Shown one piece after another: positions 19,099 to 28,809 of a stretch of DNA of 64,000 nucleotides. The DNA is taken from NCBI GenBank assembly GCA_036229005.1, contig JAZAMN010000047.1:1-64000 (forward strand). The letters are read 5' to 3'. The stretch comes from Myxococcota bacterium. GTDB lineage: Bacteria; Myxococcota_A; UBA796; CAJQPC01. Under the pieces are notes generated by a model. It saw only the letters and a program-made list of their open reading frames with translations, had not been told where the DNA came from and ran no database searches. The translations under genes were made by a program, and so were the position numbers. Numbering within the stretch: the first letter of the stretch is position 1; every line of letters starts with the position of its first letter.

Positions 19099-20292
19099 TC
19101 AGAACAGGTGCTCGTAGGTCAGGTAGAAGCCTGGCGTCCAGAGCACCTGGAGCTCCCCGTCCTGCAGGACCTGGTCGCGCGCGAAGCCCAGGTCCATGCG
19201 GCCGACGAAGGCCTCGTCGAAGATGGGGCGCAGGCCGACGCCCACCGCCGGGTGCAGGGCAGGCCCTGAGCTGCCCTCATCCAGGAACACGGTGCCCACG
19301 TCCACGAAGGGCACCAGCTCCCAGCGGAAGGGCTTGCCCGCGAGCTGGTGGGTAAGGGCATCCCAGCGAAGCTCGGCGTTCAAGAGTGCTTTGCCGGGTG
19401 CTCGGAAGCGGCCGTAGGAGAGGCCCCGCAGGCTCTGATAGCCGCCGTAGCCCACCGTCGGGACGGCCCCGCCCCACTGGATGAGGGCATAGAAGGGGAC
19501 CTCGCCAGCGAGGACCTCGGTCATCAGGCGGCCGGCGAGCACCGTCCGGTCCCCCAGCGGTAGCCAGCCCCGGATCGAGGTGCCCACGCCGCCGTAGACC
19601 CCGGCGCTGCCCGGAATGGGCGGGTTGTAGCGCCCGTAGACCTCGACCAGGCTGCCGGAGCGGGTGTCGATCTCGCGGTCGCGCAGATCAAGCTGGGCGC
19701 CGGCCTGCACCTGCCAGGCCCAGCCGCCGTCCATGCCGTAGGGCTGCTCGGCCTCCAGCAGGCTGCCTTCGTAGGTGTCGACCTGGGACCAGAGCAGGCT
19801 GGTGCTGGCCCAGATCTCCCAGGGGCCGGCCAGCTCAATGAGCCAGAGGGCGCGGGCCTGGGGTTGGACCAGGCGGTAGCGGTAGTACTTGCGGCGCGGG
19901 TCGTCGGCCTCGAAGTCCTGCAGGTAGGTCGCGTCCAGGGGCAGCACGGCGCCCATGCCGTAGTACTGGTCGTTACCCCAGGTCCGGAAGGCGGCGTTCA
20001 GGGTGAAGCGGTGGCGCTGGCTGGCGCCGATGCCCACGCGGTCGTAGCGCAGCAGGTAGTTGTGGTAGCCGCGCAGGGTGGAGAAGCCCTGGACCACCCA
20101 GGCATCCCGGTAGGGGGCGCGCTGGCCGTCCTTCCGCTGGAGCTCACCGCGGAAGCCGAAGCCCAGGCCGTCATCGGTGTCGAAGGCCGCGTTGGGGATC
20201 AGGTACCAGGTGAGATCGGGGGCGGTCGCCGGGAGGGTGTCCTCGTCGGCGGACGCGAGTGAACAGAGGCCCAGCAGGCCAAGGTGCAGCAT
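19099..20292 (-). CDS. Omp85/BamA-TamA-like outer-membrane beta-barrel without POTRA domains
   Basis: Signal peptide; GGYQSLRGL..RF, NAELRW, PFVDVGTV, GVGLR; terminal F. Confidence 0.8.
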   Translation of the reverse strand: MLHLGLLGLCSLASADEDTLPATAPDLTWYLIPNAAFDTDDGLGFGFRGELQRKDGQRAPYRDAWVVQGFSTLRGYHNYLLRYDRVGIGASQRHRFTLNAAFRTWGNDQYYGMGAVLPLDATYLQDFEADDPRRKYYRYRLVQPQARALWLIELAGPWEIWASTSLLWSQVDTYEGSLLEAEQPYGMDGGWAWQVQAGAQLDLRDREIDTRSGSLVEVYGRYNPPIPGSAGVYGGVGTSIRGWLPLGDRTVLAGRLMTEVLAGEVPFYALIQWGGAVPTVGYGGYQSLRGLSYGRFRAPGKALLNAELRWDALTHQLAGKPFRWELVPFVDVGTVFLDEGSSGPALHPAVGVGLRPIFDEAFVGRMDLGFARDQVLQDGELQVLWTPGFYLTYEHLF

Positions 20293-20307
20293 GGTGGGCC
20301 CCGCGCG

Positions 20308-20907
20308 CTACTGAGGGCCCTGGATCTTCACCTCGGCCCAGATGGCCCCCCGAAGATCGCCCGCGTTGTAGCCGGTGGCCTGGTCCTGGGGGTAGGCCGC
20401 GCTCAGAGCGGCTTGGGTCTCGGGGGCGAGCTGGCCGCCGTGGCAGGCAAGGCACTTGGGCTCGACGGGGATGGGGCGGACCATGCGGACGGTGCCGTCC
20501 ACGACCTCGGTGCTGCCCTTGACGGCGGCGGCGCGCTTGCCATCCTGCTCCTTGAGCCACGCGGTGACCCAGGGGGGCCCATCATTGGCGGGGTTGCGGA
20601 GCTTGAGGGAGCTGCGGCCGACCTTGACGTTGTCGGCGCCGGCGGCGGCGGTCAGGGTGGGGGCGTCGGCCTGGCAGGCGGGGATCGCGGCGGTGGGTCC
20701 GCCGGCCTGCATGGCCTCGACCACGCGGGCCTTGAGGGTGGAGCCGAGCTTCTTGATGGCGGCGTCGCCCTGGACGATGGCGCTGGTCGCTGCGGCGCGC
20801 TGGGCGGGGTCCTCCTGGTCGATGGGCCCGGTGGCCTCTACCGGCGCGGGCTCAGGGGCCTGGGGCGCAGGGGCTCGGTTGCAAGCAAGGGCCAGGATCC
20901 ACCACAT
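20308..20907 (-). CDS. Tll0287/DUF3365-like c-type heme lipoprotein
   Basis: LALAC lipobox; RSSLKLRNPAN, CLACHG, YPQDQATGY..GDLRG. Confidence 0.88.
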   Translation of the reverse strand: MWWILALACNRAPAPQAPEPAPVEATGPIDQEDPAQRAAATSAIVQGDAAIKKLGSTLKARVVEAMQAGGPTAAIPACQADAPTLTAAAGADNVKVGRSSLKLRNPANDGPPWVTAWLKEQDGKRAAAVKGSTEVVDGTVRMVRPIPVEPKCLACHGGQLAPETQAALSAAYPQDQATGYNAGDLRGAIWAEVKIQGPQ

Positions 20908-21022
20908 CTCAATCACCTCGGCGACGCTGCGGGCATTGTACCCGCGCTCTGGGACCCTAAGGGGGTGGCGGCCGGCCGGCGCGCGCTGCGACACGTTGCC
21001 GCTGGGGGTTAGGTCTGGCGGG

Positions 21023-21373
21023 ATGTTCCGTCTGCTCCTGGTCGACCCCTGGCCTCTGTGGCTGGCCCTCCCGCTGCTCGCGCTGCTGATCTGGCGCGGC
21101 GGTCGGCTGCAGGCGTTGATTCCGTGGGCGATCCTGGGGGCGGCGCTGGTGAGCCTGGCGGGGGGACAGCTCACCCCGAGCGCGACCTGGCCGCTCTTTG
21201 ACCAGTGGGTGGGCACGCGCCTGTGGATCAAGCTGCCGCTGCTGCTGACGGGTGCCTTCTGCCTCGGGGCGGGGCTGCACACCCTCCGGGATCGGGTGCC
21301 CCCCCTGGCCGCCGGCGTTGCCGCCGTCCTGGGCCTCTGTGCACTCACGGCCGCCAGCGAGGTCCTGCTGTGA
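21023..21373 (+). CDS. Small multi-pass membrane protein
   Basis: 116 aa, about 4 hydrophobic segments; GTGA overlap with the next gene. Confidence 0.6.
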   Translation: MFRLLLVDPWPLWLALPLLALLIWRGGRLQALIPWAILGAALVSLAGGQLTPSATWPLFDQWVGTRLWIKLPLLLTGAFCLGAGLHTLRDRVPPLAAGVAAVLGLCALTAASEVLL

Positions 21374-21756
21374 TCGACTGGCGCACCGCGCTCTCTGGCC
21401 TGGCCCTGGGCGTCGTCGTGGCCCGCGCCGGGCTGGGTGGCCCGGAGCTCGTGTATCGGGCCCTGAACGGGCAGGGGATCTGGCTGCTGCTCGCGGGGGG
21501 AGGCCTGCTGGCGCTCCACAACCTGCGCAGCCCCAAGCCGGTCTCCCTGCCGCGCCAGCTCGTTGGCGGGGTGCTGCTGGGGGTGGGCATCGCGGTGACC
21601 GGCTCGCTGCCTCTGACCCTGGCGGTGGGGATCGGCGAGGGCCGCTACCTGGGGCTGCTGCTGGGGTTGGCGGCGCTGGGCGGCTGGAAGGCCATGGCCG
21701 CGCTGGAGGCCCGGCGTCAGGAGCGCGCGAGCTCCAAGAGCTCCCCCAGCTCCTGA
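21370..21756 (+). CDS. Membrane protein resembling a YeeE/YedE half transporter, degenerate
   Basis: LVGGVLLGVGIAVTGSLPLTLAVGIGEG resembles GGxxFGxGWxxxGxCPG..IGEG but has no Cys. Confidence 0.5.
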   Translation: MIDWRTALSGLALGVVVARAGLGGPELVYRALNGQGIWLLLAGGGLLALHNLRSPKPVSLPRQLVGGVLLGVGIAVTGSLPLTLAVGIGEGRYLGLLLGLAALGGWKAMAALEARRQERASSKSSPSS

Positions 21757-22511
21757 GCGTTCCGGGGGCGCGCCTGGGGGTTGGACGCCAGGCAACGCAG
21801 GGCCAGGGCGCCCAGCGGACCCGGGGGCGGGGAGGGGAGGGCGTCGAGCTTGGGGAGCAGCTCGGGCAGAGAGCGGGCGTGCCGCGGGGGCGTCCCCACC
21901 AGGATCTCGTAGAGGATGCCGCCCACCGCGTGCACGTCGGTCCAGGGGCCCTGGGCGTCCACGTGCCCGCGGGCCTGCTCGGCGGCCATGTAGCCCAGCG
22001 AGCCCAGCACATCGCCGTCCAGGGTCATGGGGCCGACCTGGTCGCGCACGGTGCCCTGGGGCGCGCGGGCGAGGCCCCAATCCAGGATCAACACCTCGCC
22101 GAAGGCCCCGAGCATCAGGTTGCTGGGCTTGATGTCGCGGTGGAGCACGTCCTGGTGGTGGGCGAAGGCCAGGCCCTGGCAGACCTCGGCCAAGGCGTCC
22201 AGGAGCACTGCGCGCGCGGCCCCGTCGGTCATGGCCTGTTTGAGGGTGCGGCCGCGGACGAGCTTCATCACGTAGTAGAGGTCGCCCTGCGCCGTCTTCC
22301 CGATGTCGTGGACCGGGATGATGTTGGGGTGCTCGAGCTGGGCGGGGACCTGGGCCTCGGTGACAAAGCGCAGGCGCTGAAGGCGGGTGCTGCCCTCGCG
22401 GTCCAGGCGCTTGAGGGCCACCTGGCGCCCCAGGTCGTGGTCCGTGGCCCGGAAGATCACGCCTCCAGCGCCGCGGCCGATCTCTTCGTGGAGCTCGTAG
22501 CGGACGTCCAT
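21717..22511 (-). CDS. Hanks-type Ser/Thr protein kinase, kinase domain only
   Basis: IGRGAGG, VALK, HPNI, HRDIKPSN, DWGLA, GYMAAEQ, DVHAVG. Confidence 0.92.
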   Translation of the reverse strand: MDVRYELHEEIGRGAGGVIFRATDHDLGRQVALKRLDREGSTRLQRLRFVTEAQVPAQLEHPNIIPVHDIGKTAQGDLYYVMKLVRGRTLKQAMTDGAARAVLLDALAEVCQGLAFAHHQDVLHRDIKPSNLMLGAFGEVLILDWGLARAPQGTVRDQVGPMTLDGDVLGSLGYMAAEQARGHVDAQGPWTDVHAVGGILYEILVGTPPRHARSLPELLPKLDALPSPPPGPLGALALRCLASNPQARPRNAQELGELLELARS

Positions 22512-22548
22512 CAGCCGACCTCTGTCAGCGGGCGCTCAGCCAAGGCGC

Positions 22549-23220
22549 TCACTTCTGGGTGACGGACTCGCGGGCCTTGAGGCGCCGCTGGTAGCGGGCG
22601 ACGCGGGTGCGCAACTGGACCTCGCGCTTGCGGGCGGCCTCGAGCTTCTTCTCCAGGTCGTGGACGCGCTGCTCCAGGGCCTGGATCTTCTCCTGATCGC
22701 GGCCGTTCTGGCGGCGGAGGTGGCGGATCAGGGTGGTGGCCCGGCCGAATCCACCCGTGAAGTTCACCGGGGGGGGCGCGGCGCCACCGTCGGGGTTTGT
22801 GGGCTCCCCGGACTCGGTGGGGTCGTCGTTCTGGGGTTCGGACGGCTCCACGGAGTCGTAGGGCTCCGGCTCGTCGGTGCGGGGCACCAGCCAGGAGAAG
22901 CCGCCGTCGCTCTCGATGCCCAGCTCGACCCAGCGCTCGGGGGCCAGAGGCAGGAGGAGCTCGTCCGAGAGGCGGGAGAGGACGTAGCCCTGGCGCTTGC
23001 GGCCGCTGTCCCAGATGTGCAGGAAGCGGCTGGCGCGGACCTGGGCGGGGGTGAGCCGCTCTTCGAAGCCGGACTGACGAGCGGGGGGATCCACCAGCAC
23101 GCCAGGGCGCGCGACGCGCAGCAGGCCCTTGCCGTTGCGCACGTCGAAGCGCACCGAGAAGGTCGGATCGTCCCCGGAACCACGCCGTACCCAGAAGCGG
23201 AAACGGTTGGAATCACTCAT
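22549..23220 (-). CDS. Hypothetical protein with C-terminal coiled coil
   Basis: GC3-rich ORF; heptad pattern IQALEQRVHDLEKKLEAA. Confidence 0.7.
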   Translation of the reverse strand: MSDSNRFRFWVRRGSGDDPTFSVRFDVRNGKGLLRVARPGVLVDPPARQSGFEERLTPAQVRASRFLHIWDSGRKRQGYVLSRLSDELLLPLAPERWVELGIESDGGFSWLVPRTDEPEPYDSVEPSEPQNDDPTESGEPTNPDGGAAPPPVNFTGGFGRATTLIRHLRRQNGRDQEKIQALEQRVHDLEKKLEAARKREVQLRTRVARYQRRLKARESVTQK

Positions 23221-23344
23221 CGGGGACGGGCTCCTGACCCGCGCTGGGCGGGCTGCTGCAAGGTGTCGACTGTCAGGAGCCTAACGCGTTCGGGCTTGTC
23301 TTGCGCGCCGCGCGTGGGCAAGCTCTGCCGCAGGAGAATGAGCC

Positions 23345-23557
23345 ATGGGCATTGCCACCCGCCTTTTCAAGAGCGCTGCCCGCGGGGTCTACACCCGCGT
23401 CATGGACAAGGTGGGAGGCCGCGTGGTCGCTGGCTTTGCCGACACCTCGGCGGACGCGCCGGACGCGTACTTCACGCCCAAGCGCGACCGCTACGCCGAG
23501 ATGGTGGCCGAAGAGCAGGCGGCGCGGGCGGCGGCCCGCAGTCCAAAGCCCGAGTAG
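23345..23557 (+). CDS. Small hypothetical protein (70 aa)
   Basis: AGGAG SD upstream; typical codon usage. Confidence 0.65.
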   Translation: MGIATRLFKSAARGVYTRVMDKVGGRVVAGFADTSADAPDAYFTPKRDRYAEMVAEEQAARAAARSPKPE

Positions 23558-23660
23558 CGGGGGCAGGGGCGGATGGGGCGGGTTTTGCGAGCCGCAGACG
23601 CTCGGTGACGGCGTGCTCTGATAAGGTCAGCCGCCCCAACTGAGACCCGGAGAACCCCAA

Positions 23661-24791
23661 ATGCTGTGGTTGGCCTCCCTGCTCGCCTGCGAGATCGTTC
23701 CGCCCTACGTCGACACCATGGACATCGACGACGCCTTCGCGCATCAGCGCTTCAAGGTGGTCTGCAAGGGCCTGGAGATGCAGGAGGACGAGACCCGCTC
23801 CTACGCCGCCGGCAAGCTGGACGAGGTCCAGGACCCTGTCGCCCAGGAGTGCATGTGCCAGTGGGCCTGGGACGCCGAGGCGCACACCTACGACGCCGCC
23901 ATCCTCAAGGGCCTGGAGGGCTCCGACCGCGAAGACCTGGTGGCCTGCTTCCTGCCCGCGGTGGACGACAAGGCCCTGGAGGGCCGCGCGGAGCTGGTCA
24001 ACGGGCTGAATGGCACCCGCGCGCCGGCGGTCAAGGACCGCATGGCCACGCTGGCCGCCGACAGCTCCGAGGATCTGGAGGTCCGCGTGGCCGCCGTGAA
24101 GGCGCTCGCGGGCTCCACCGTGGAGTCCCACGTGAGCACCCTCCGCAGCCTGCTGACGGACCCCGCCGGGGAGATCCGGGCGGCGGCCGCTGACGGGCTC
24201 AAGGGTCAGGCGGACGAGGCCACGGTCGAGGCGCTCCGCAAGGCGCTCTCCGAGGACTCCGAACCTCAGGTGCGGGCGGCCGCGCTGCGCGTGCTCAAGG
24301 GCCTCAAGGTGGACGACGCGACCGAGCTGGTGTGCGCGGCGATGATCGAGGATGAGAGCCCAGTGGTCCGCAAGGCCGCGGTGCTGTCCTTCAAGGGGAC
24401 CAAGCGCCAGGAGGCCATGGACTGCCTGCGCCGCAAGACCCTGACCGAGGAGACCGACGGAGAGGTCCGCAGGGCCCTGCTGTCCGTGATCAAGGGCAGC
24501 CCCCACGAGGACGCTGGCGACGTGCTCTGCGATGCCATCCCCTTCTACATGCGCACCTACATCAAGGACCGGCCCCCCGCCCAGGTCCCCGGCACCGACA
24601 TCGCCGCTGCCCAGAACGACCGGGACTTCGAGAACAGCTACGCCTGCTTCCAGTCCGCGCTCCGCAAGAGCGGTGGCTGGAGCTGCCGCGGTCGCCAGTA
24701 CGTTGCCTCCTGGTACAAGGAGGTCGGTGGCAGCACCCACGTGCCTCGCTGCGCCGGGGACGCGGGGGCCGGAGAGGTGGTCTTCCAGTAG
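23661..24791 (+). CDS. HEAT-repeat lipoprotein
   Basis: LLAC lipobox; repeated D...VRxAAxxAL units. Confidence 0.85.
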   Translation: MLWLASLLACEIVPPYVDTMDIDDAFAHQRFKVVCKGLEMQEDETRSYAAGKLDEVQDPVAQECMCQWAWDAEAHTYDAAILKGLEGSDREDLVACFLPAVDDKALEGRAELVNGLNGTRAPAVKDRMATLAADSSEDLEVRVAAVKALAGSTVESHVSTLRSLLTDPAGEIRAAAADGLKGQADEATVEALRKALSEDSEPQVRAAALRVLKGLKVDDATELVCAAMIEDESPVVRKAAVLSFKGTKRQEAMDCLRRKTLTEETDGEVRRALLSVIKGSPHEDAGDVLCDAIPFYMRTYIKDRPPAQVPGTDIAAAQNDRDFENSYACFQSALRKSGGWSCRGRQYVASWYKEVGGSTHVPRCAGDAGAGEVVFQ

Positions 24792-24862
24792 GCTCCAGGC
24801 TCCTCGCCGGGCGCGGGCAGGCGAGATACCCAAAGGCTCCCCAAACGTGAAGGAGCCAGCAC

Positions 24863-25306
24863 ATGGGCGTTCTCTCTGATCTGATCAAGGACCCCGCCGC
24901 CCGGCGGGCCATCGTGGACGACGGCGTCAAGGTGATCGACGCCGAGGTCTCCGACAAGCGCGGCATCAGCGGGATGGCGGTCAAGGCCGGCTACAAGGCC
25001 GTCAAGAAGATCAAGCCCGGCTTCATCAACGTCGCGCTGGACATGCTGATGCCTGAGTTCGCGCAGGCCGTGGACCCCTTCTACGACGAGTGGAAGGCCA
25101 AGGGCAGCGGCACCCTGGAGGCCTTCTTCAAGGCCAACGACAGCCGCATCGCCAACGCGCTGCTGGCCATCACGGACCGCCGCGTGGACGACAAGACCAA
25201 CCGCGCCGCGGCCAAGGCCTACAAGAGTCTGCGGGGCCAGGGCGTGGAGCACACCAAGGCCGCGATGCCGCGCCTGGCGGGGCTGGTCAGCCGGCACGTC
25301 AAGTGA
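24863..25306 (+). CDS. Conserved helical protein (DUF6918-like)
   Basis: [43 protein letters not shown]. Confidence 0.75.
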   Translation: MGVLSDLIKDPAARRAIVDDGVKVIDAEVSDKRGISGMAVKAGYKAVKKIKPGFINVALDMLMPEFAQAVDPFYDEWKAKGSGTLEAFFKANDSRIANALLAITDRRVDDKTNRAAAKAYKSLRGQGVEHTKAAMPRLAGLVSRHVK

Positions 25307-25665
25307 AGGGCCGGATCTACGTCCTGGGGAGCTGCAACACCTGCACGCGCATCCTGGGGGGGCTGCCCCAGGGCGCGCTCGAAGTGCGGGAGTTCCGCAG
25401 CGCGCCCATCACGGAGGCCGAGCTCGACGAGATGATCGAGCTCGCCGGGTCCGCGGGGGCCCTGTTCTCCAAGCGCGCCCGCAAGTACCGGGAGCTGGGG
25501 CTGCACGAGCAGGCCCCCAGTGAGCAGCAGATGCGGGCGCTGATCCTGGAGCACGACACCTTCCTCAAGCGGCCGGTGGCCATCGTGGAGGGGGAGTCGG
25601 GCGCACAGATCTTCGTGGGAAATGCAAAGAAGAACGTCAGCGCGCTGATTGCGGCGCTGTCCTGA
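25303..25665 (+). CDS. ArsC/Spx family thioredoxin-fold protein
   Basis: [24 protein letters not shown]-coupled start. Confidence 0.85.
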   Translation: MKGRIYVLGSCNTCTRILGGLPQGALEVREFRSAPITEAELDEMIELAGSAGALFSKRARKYRELGLHEQAPSEQQMRALILEHDTFLKRPVAIVEGESGAQIFVGNAKKNVSALIAALS

Positions 25666-25674
25666 GGAGAGGCC

Positions 25675-26466
25675 ATGATCAAGAAGGTGCTCAAGCTCCC
25701 CTTCCGGCTGGTGAAGAAGGTGGTCGGCGCGGTCACAGGGGGTGGACGCGACCAGCCCGCGCCGGCGCCGGTCAAGCGCCCGGATCCCAAGCCCCGGAGC
25801 TGGGGCGAAGCCCAGGTGAAGCCGGCCACCGAGTCCCTGCCCCAGGCGGAGGAGGACTACGGCCACAGCCACGACCACGGCCATGATCACGGGCACAGCC
25901 ACAGCCACGACCACGCGGAGTCCAAGGCCCCTGTCGAGCCGGCGCCCGCGAAGGCCGCCCCCAAGGAGTCCGCCGCGAAGGAGGCCCCCGCGAAGGAGGC
26001 CCCCGCCAAGGAGGCTGCCGCGAAGGAGACCCCCGCCAAGGAGGCTCCGGCCAAGAAGGCAGCCGCGAAGAAGGCCCCGGCCAAGAAGGCAGCCGCGAAG
26101 AAGGCCCCGGCCAAGAAGGCTGCCGCGAAGAAGACCCCGGCCAAGAAGCCTGCTGCAGAGAAGGCTCCCGCCGAGGCTCCCGCCGAGGCCCCCGCCAAAG
26201 CCAGCCGCGACCTGAGCATCGAGGTGGTCGACACCCCCAACCCCAACGCGATGAAGTTCATCGTTCAGGGGGAGACCGTCTCCGCCGAGGCCCTGAGCTT
26301 CGCCAAGCGGGATGACCCGCACCCCTTGGCGCAGGCGCTGTTCGCAGTACAGGGCGTGCGCACCATCTTCGCGGTGAACGACTTCGTGACCGTGACCAAG
26401 GAGGACGGCGCGAGCTGGGCGCGCCTGCAGGGCCCGATCATCGAGGCCCTCAAGGCCACGGTCTGA
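25675..26466 (+). CDS. Nfu N-terminal domain protein with His-rich segment and histone-H1-like PAKK repeats
   Basis: [42 protein letters not shown]; (A/P)AKE then (A/P)AKK repeats. Confidence 0.85.
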   Translation: MIKKVLKLPFRLVKKVVGAVTGGGRDQPAPAPVKRPDPKPRSWGEAQVKPATESLPQAEEDYGHSHDHGHDHGHSHSHDHAESKAPVEPAPAKAAPKESAAKEAPAKEAPAKEAAAKETPAKEAPAKKAAAKKAPAKKAAAKKAPAKKAAAKKTPAKKPAAEKAPAEAPAEAPAKASRDLSIEVVDTPNPNAMKFIVQGETVSAEALSFAKRDDPHPLAQALFAVQGVRTIFAVNDFVTVTKEDGASWARLQGPIIEALKATV

Positions 26467-26481
26467 GACCAGGGCCCGCCG

Positions 26482-26901
26482 TCAGCGGGTCTTGAACATG
26501 CGCTGATGCGGCCCGACGGCGGGGATGTCGAACACCTCGCCGACGGGCTGCCAGCCACCGCGGGCGTAGAAGGGGACGGCGCGGATGCGCGCGTTGCACC
26601 AGAGCCCCTGGCTGACCCTGTCCTCGACTGCGGTCAAGAGCTTTGAGCCGTGTCCGTGGGCCTGGAATTCGGGGAGGATGGCCATCCCGCGGAGCTGCCA
26701 CCGCAGATCTGCTCCTCCCTGCTCCCAAGGATTGTCGAAGAGGCTGACCACTCCGATGATCGCCCCGTCGTGGAGCAGACCGTGGTGTAGGGCGTGGTCG
26801 TCGCCGGCGAAGATGGCGGTCTCACGGGGCCTACCGGCGCGGAGCACGCGCCAGCGCACGTCGATGACCTGGGCGGGTTCCAGAGGGGTGCAAGTGTGCA
26901 C
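26482..26901 (-). CDS. GNAT family acetyltransferase
   Basis: RWRVLR, QLRGMAILPEFQAHGHG, WCNAR..AVPFY; GGAG SD. Confidence 0.9.
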   Translation of the reverse strand: MHTCTPLEPAQVIDVRWRVLRAGRPRETAIFAGDDHALHHGLLHDGAIIGVVSLFDNPWEQGGADLRWQLRGMAILPEFQAHGHGSKLLTAVEDRVSQGLWCNARIRAVPFYARGGWQPVGEVFDIPAVGPHQRMFKTR

Positions 26902-26940
26902 GGGGACTCCTGCGGGGCTGCGGGGGCTATCCTGCCACCG

Positions 26941-28791
26941 ATGAAGCCCTTGTTGGACAGGCTGGCTGGCGCACCCTTTGGCCTGTGGCTGGGGCTGTGG
27001 TGCGTTGCGCTCACGGTTGCGCTGACCTGGCCGACGGCGATCCACCTGGACCGCGCGGTGCTGGGCTCCCCGCACGCGGACGGGATCAAGCACCTGTGGA
27101 CGCTGTGGTGGATGCGGGCCGAGCTCCTGCAGCAGCACCAGATCCCCTTCGAGACCGCCTACGTCAACTACCCGGAGGGTATGGCGCTCTACCCCATCGA
27201 GCCCCTCAACGGCCTGCTGGTCTCGGTCCTGGGCTTCTTGCCGCTGGTGGCCGCGACGAACCTTGCGGCGCTGCTGAACCTCACCGGCACGGGGCTCGCG
27301 GCGGGCCTGTTGGGGCGCGAGGTGTCTGGGAGTCGCTGGGGCGGTCTGGCCAGCGCGACGCTGCTCCAGGGCAGCGCGATGGCCCTGTTCACCATTGACG
27401 TGGGCGTGGGCGAGCTGCAGCACCTGTGGTGGCTCCCCCTGGGCGGCTGGGTCTGGCTGCGGCTGCGCGACACCCTGCGCTGGCCCTACGCGGTGGGGCT
27501 CGGTCTGGCGCTGGCGGGCGCGACCTTGAGCTGCTTCTACCACGGCTTCTTCCTGGCCACGGCGATCTCGGCCCTGGCACTGAGCACCCTCTGGGCGGGG
27601 CGTCAGACCCCGGCGCTGCTGCTGCGCTACGGGGTCGCGGCGGGTCTGGGGCTGCTGATCGTCCTGCCGGTCGTGAGCACCTTCGCGGGCAGCTACGGGG
27701 GCGGGGAGCCGCCGCAGGTGGGCCTGTTGAACTACATCCGCGGGGACTATGGGCAGCCGGTGACGGACCCGGTGTCCGCGCGGCTGGCGCTGCCGGAGCT
27801 GGTGATGCCGCGACGGGGGCTCCGGGAGGGCGCGTCCATGGAGCTGCTGGGCTACGGCGGCGGACGCTATCTGGGGTGGGTGGCCGGCCTGCTGGGGCTC
27901 GGTGGGCTGATCCTCAAGCCCCGGAAGGCGGCCCCCTGGGTGCTCGCGGGGCTGGTCGGGGTGCTGCTGGCGGTGGGCTCTTTCTGGGTCTGGGACGGCC
28001 AGGAGGCGACCACTGCGGCGGGCGCGCGCTATCGGCTGCCCTTCTTCTACCTGAACCGGGCGCTGGGCTACGTGAGCGAGCCGCTGAACTTCCCGGTGCG
28101 CTTTCTGGCGGTGACCGCGATGGCCTGCGCCGTGGTGTCCTCGCTGGTGGTCTCAAGACTCCCAAAGCCTTGGATGATCCTCCCGCTTGCGGTGGTGGGG
28201 GTGCTCGATGTGCAGCGCCATCAGCTCATCTCCCGACCCCTGCCGAGCTTCGCGCCGTGGGACTTCTCGGAGCTGGCCCCGATGGCCGAGGACCCGCAGC
28301 CCACGGTGGATCTGAGCCAGGCGTGGCGCTCGGACAAGGAGATCCGCTACGCCTCGATCTCCGCGCAGGTGGTGCACCAGAGCCCCATTCAGGCGGTGCC
28401 GCTGGCGCGCATCGAGTTCTTCGCGACCCAGGGGCGGGACATGGTGGGGGCGCTGCCCAGCGTGCAGGCTCTGGGGCAGGCCTTCCAGGGATCGCAGATC
28501 GTGCTGGATCCGGGGGAGCTGGAGAGGGATCTGGCGCTGCTTCACCATGCCGGCTTCCACCGCCTGATGATCTTGGGTATCGGGCCCGAACGCAGCATCC
28601 ACCCGCAGGCGAGGAGCAGCTTGGCCCAACACCTGGGCACCCCCTGGATCGACGGCGAGCACGCGCTGGTCTGGGAGATCCCGGAGCCCACGGTGGGGGC
28701 GGAGCAGCTCCAGCGCTGGCAGGCGGAGTGGGAGCGGCAGATCGAGGCTTCGAAGGACCAGCAGAGCGCGCCGGGGCCGCAGCTCAGGTAG
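26941..28791 (+). CDS. Polytopic membrane protein, GT-C/YfhO-like glycosyltransferase
   Basis: N-terminal D..HLWTLWW, NYPEG, more than 10 TMs, FPVRF, C-terminal soluble domain. Confidence 0.7.
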   Translation: MKPLLDRLAGAPFGLWLGLWCVALTVALTWPTAIHLDRAVLGSPHADGIKHLWTLWWMRAELLQQHQIPFETAYVNYPEGMALYPIEPLNGLLVSVLGFLPLVAATNLAALLNLTGTGLAAGLLGREVSGSRWGGLASATLLQGSAMALFTIDVGVGELQHLWWLPLGGWVWLRLRDTLRWPYAVGLGLALAGATLSCFYHGFFLATAISALALSTLWAGRQTPALLLRYGVAAGLGLLIVLPVVSTFAGSYGGGEPPQVGLLNYIRGDYGQPVTDPVSARLALPELVMPRRGLREGASMELLGYGGGRYLGWVAGLLGLGGLILKPRKAAPWVLAGLVGVLLAVGSFWVWDGQEATTAAGARYRLPFFYLNRALGYVSEPLNFPVRFLAVTAMACAVVSSLVVSRLPKPWMILPLAVVGVLDVQRHQLISRPLPSFAPWDFSELAPMAEDPQPTVDLSQAWRSDKEIRYASISAQVVHQSPIQAVPLARIEFFATQGRDMVGALPSVQALGQAFQGSQIVLDPGELERDLALLHHAGFHRLMILGIGPERSIHPQARSSLAQHLGTPWIDGEHALVWEIPEPTVGAEQLQRWQAEWERQIEASKDQQSAPGPQLR

Positions 28792-28809
28792 CCGCCCGAG
28801 TCGCGGGCG

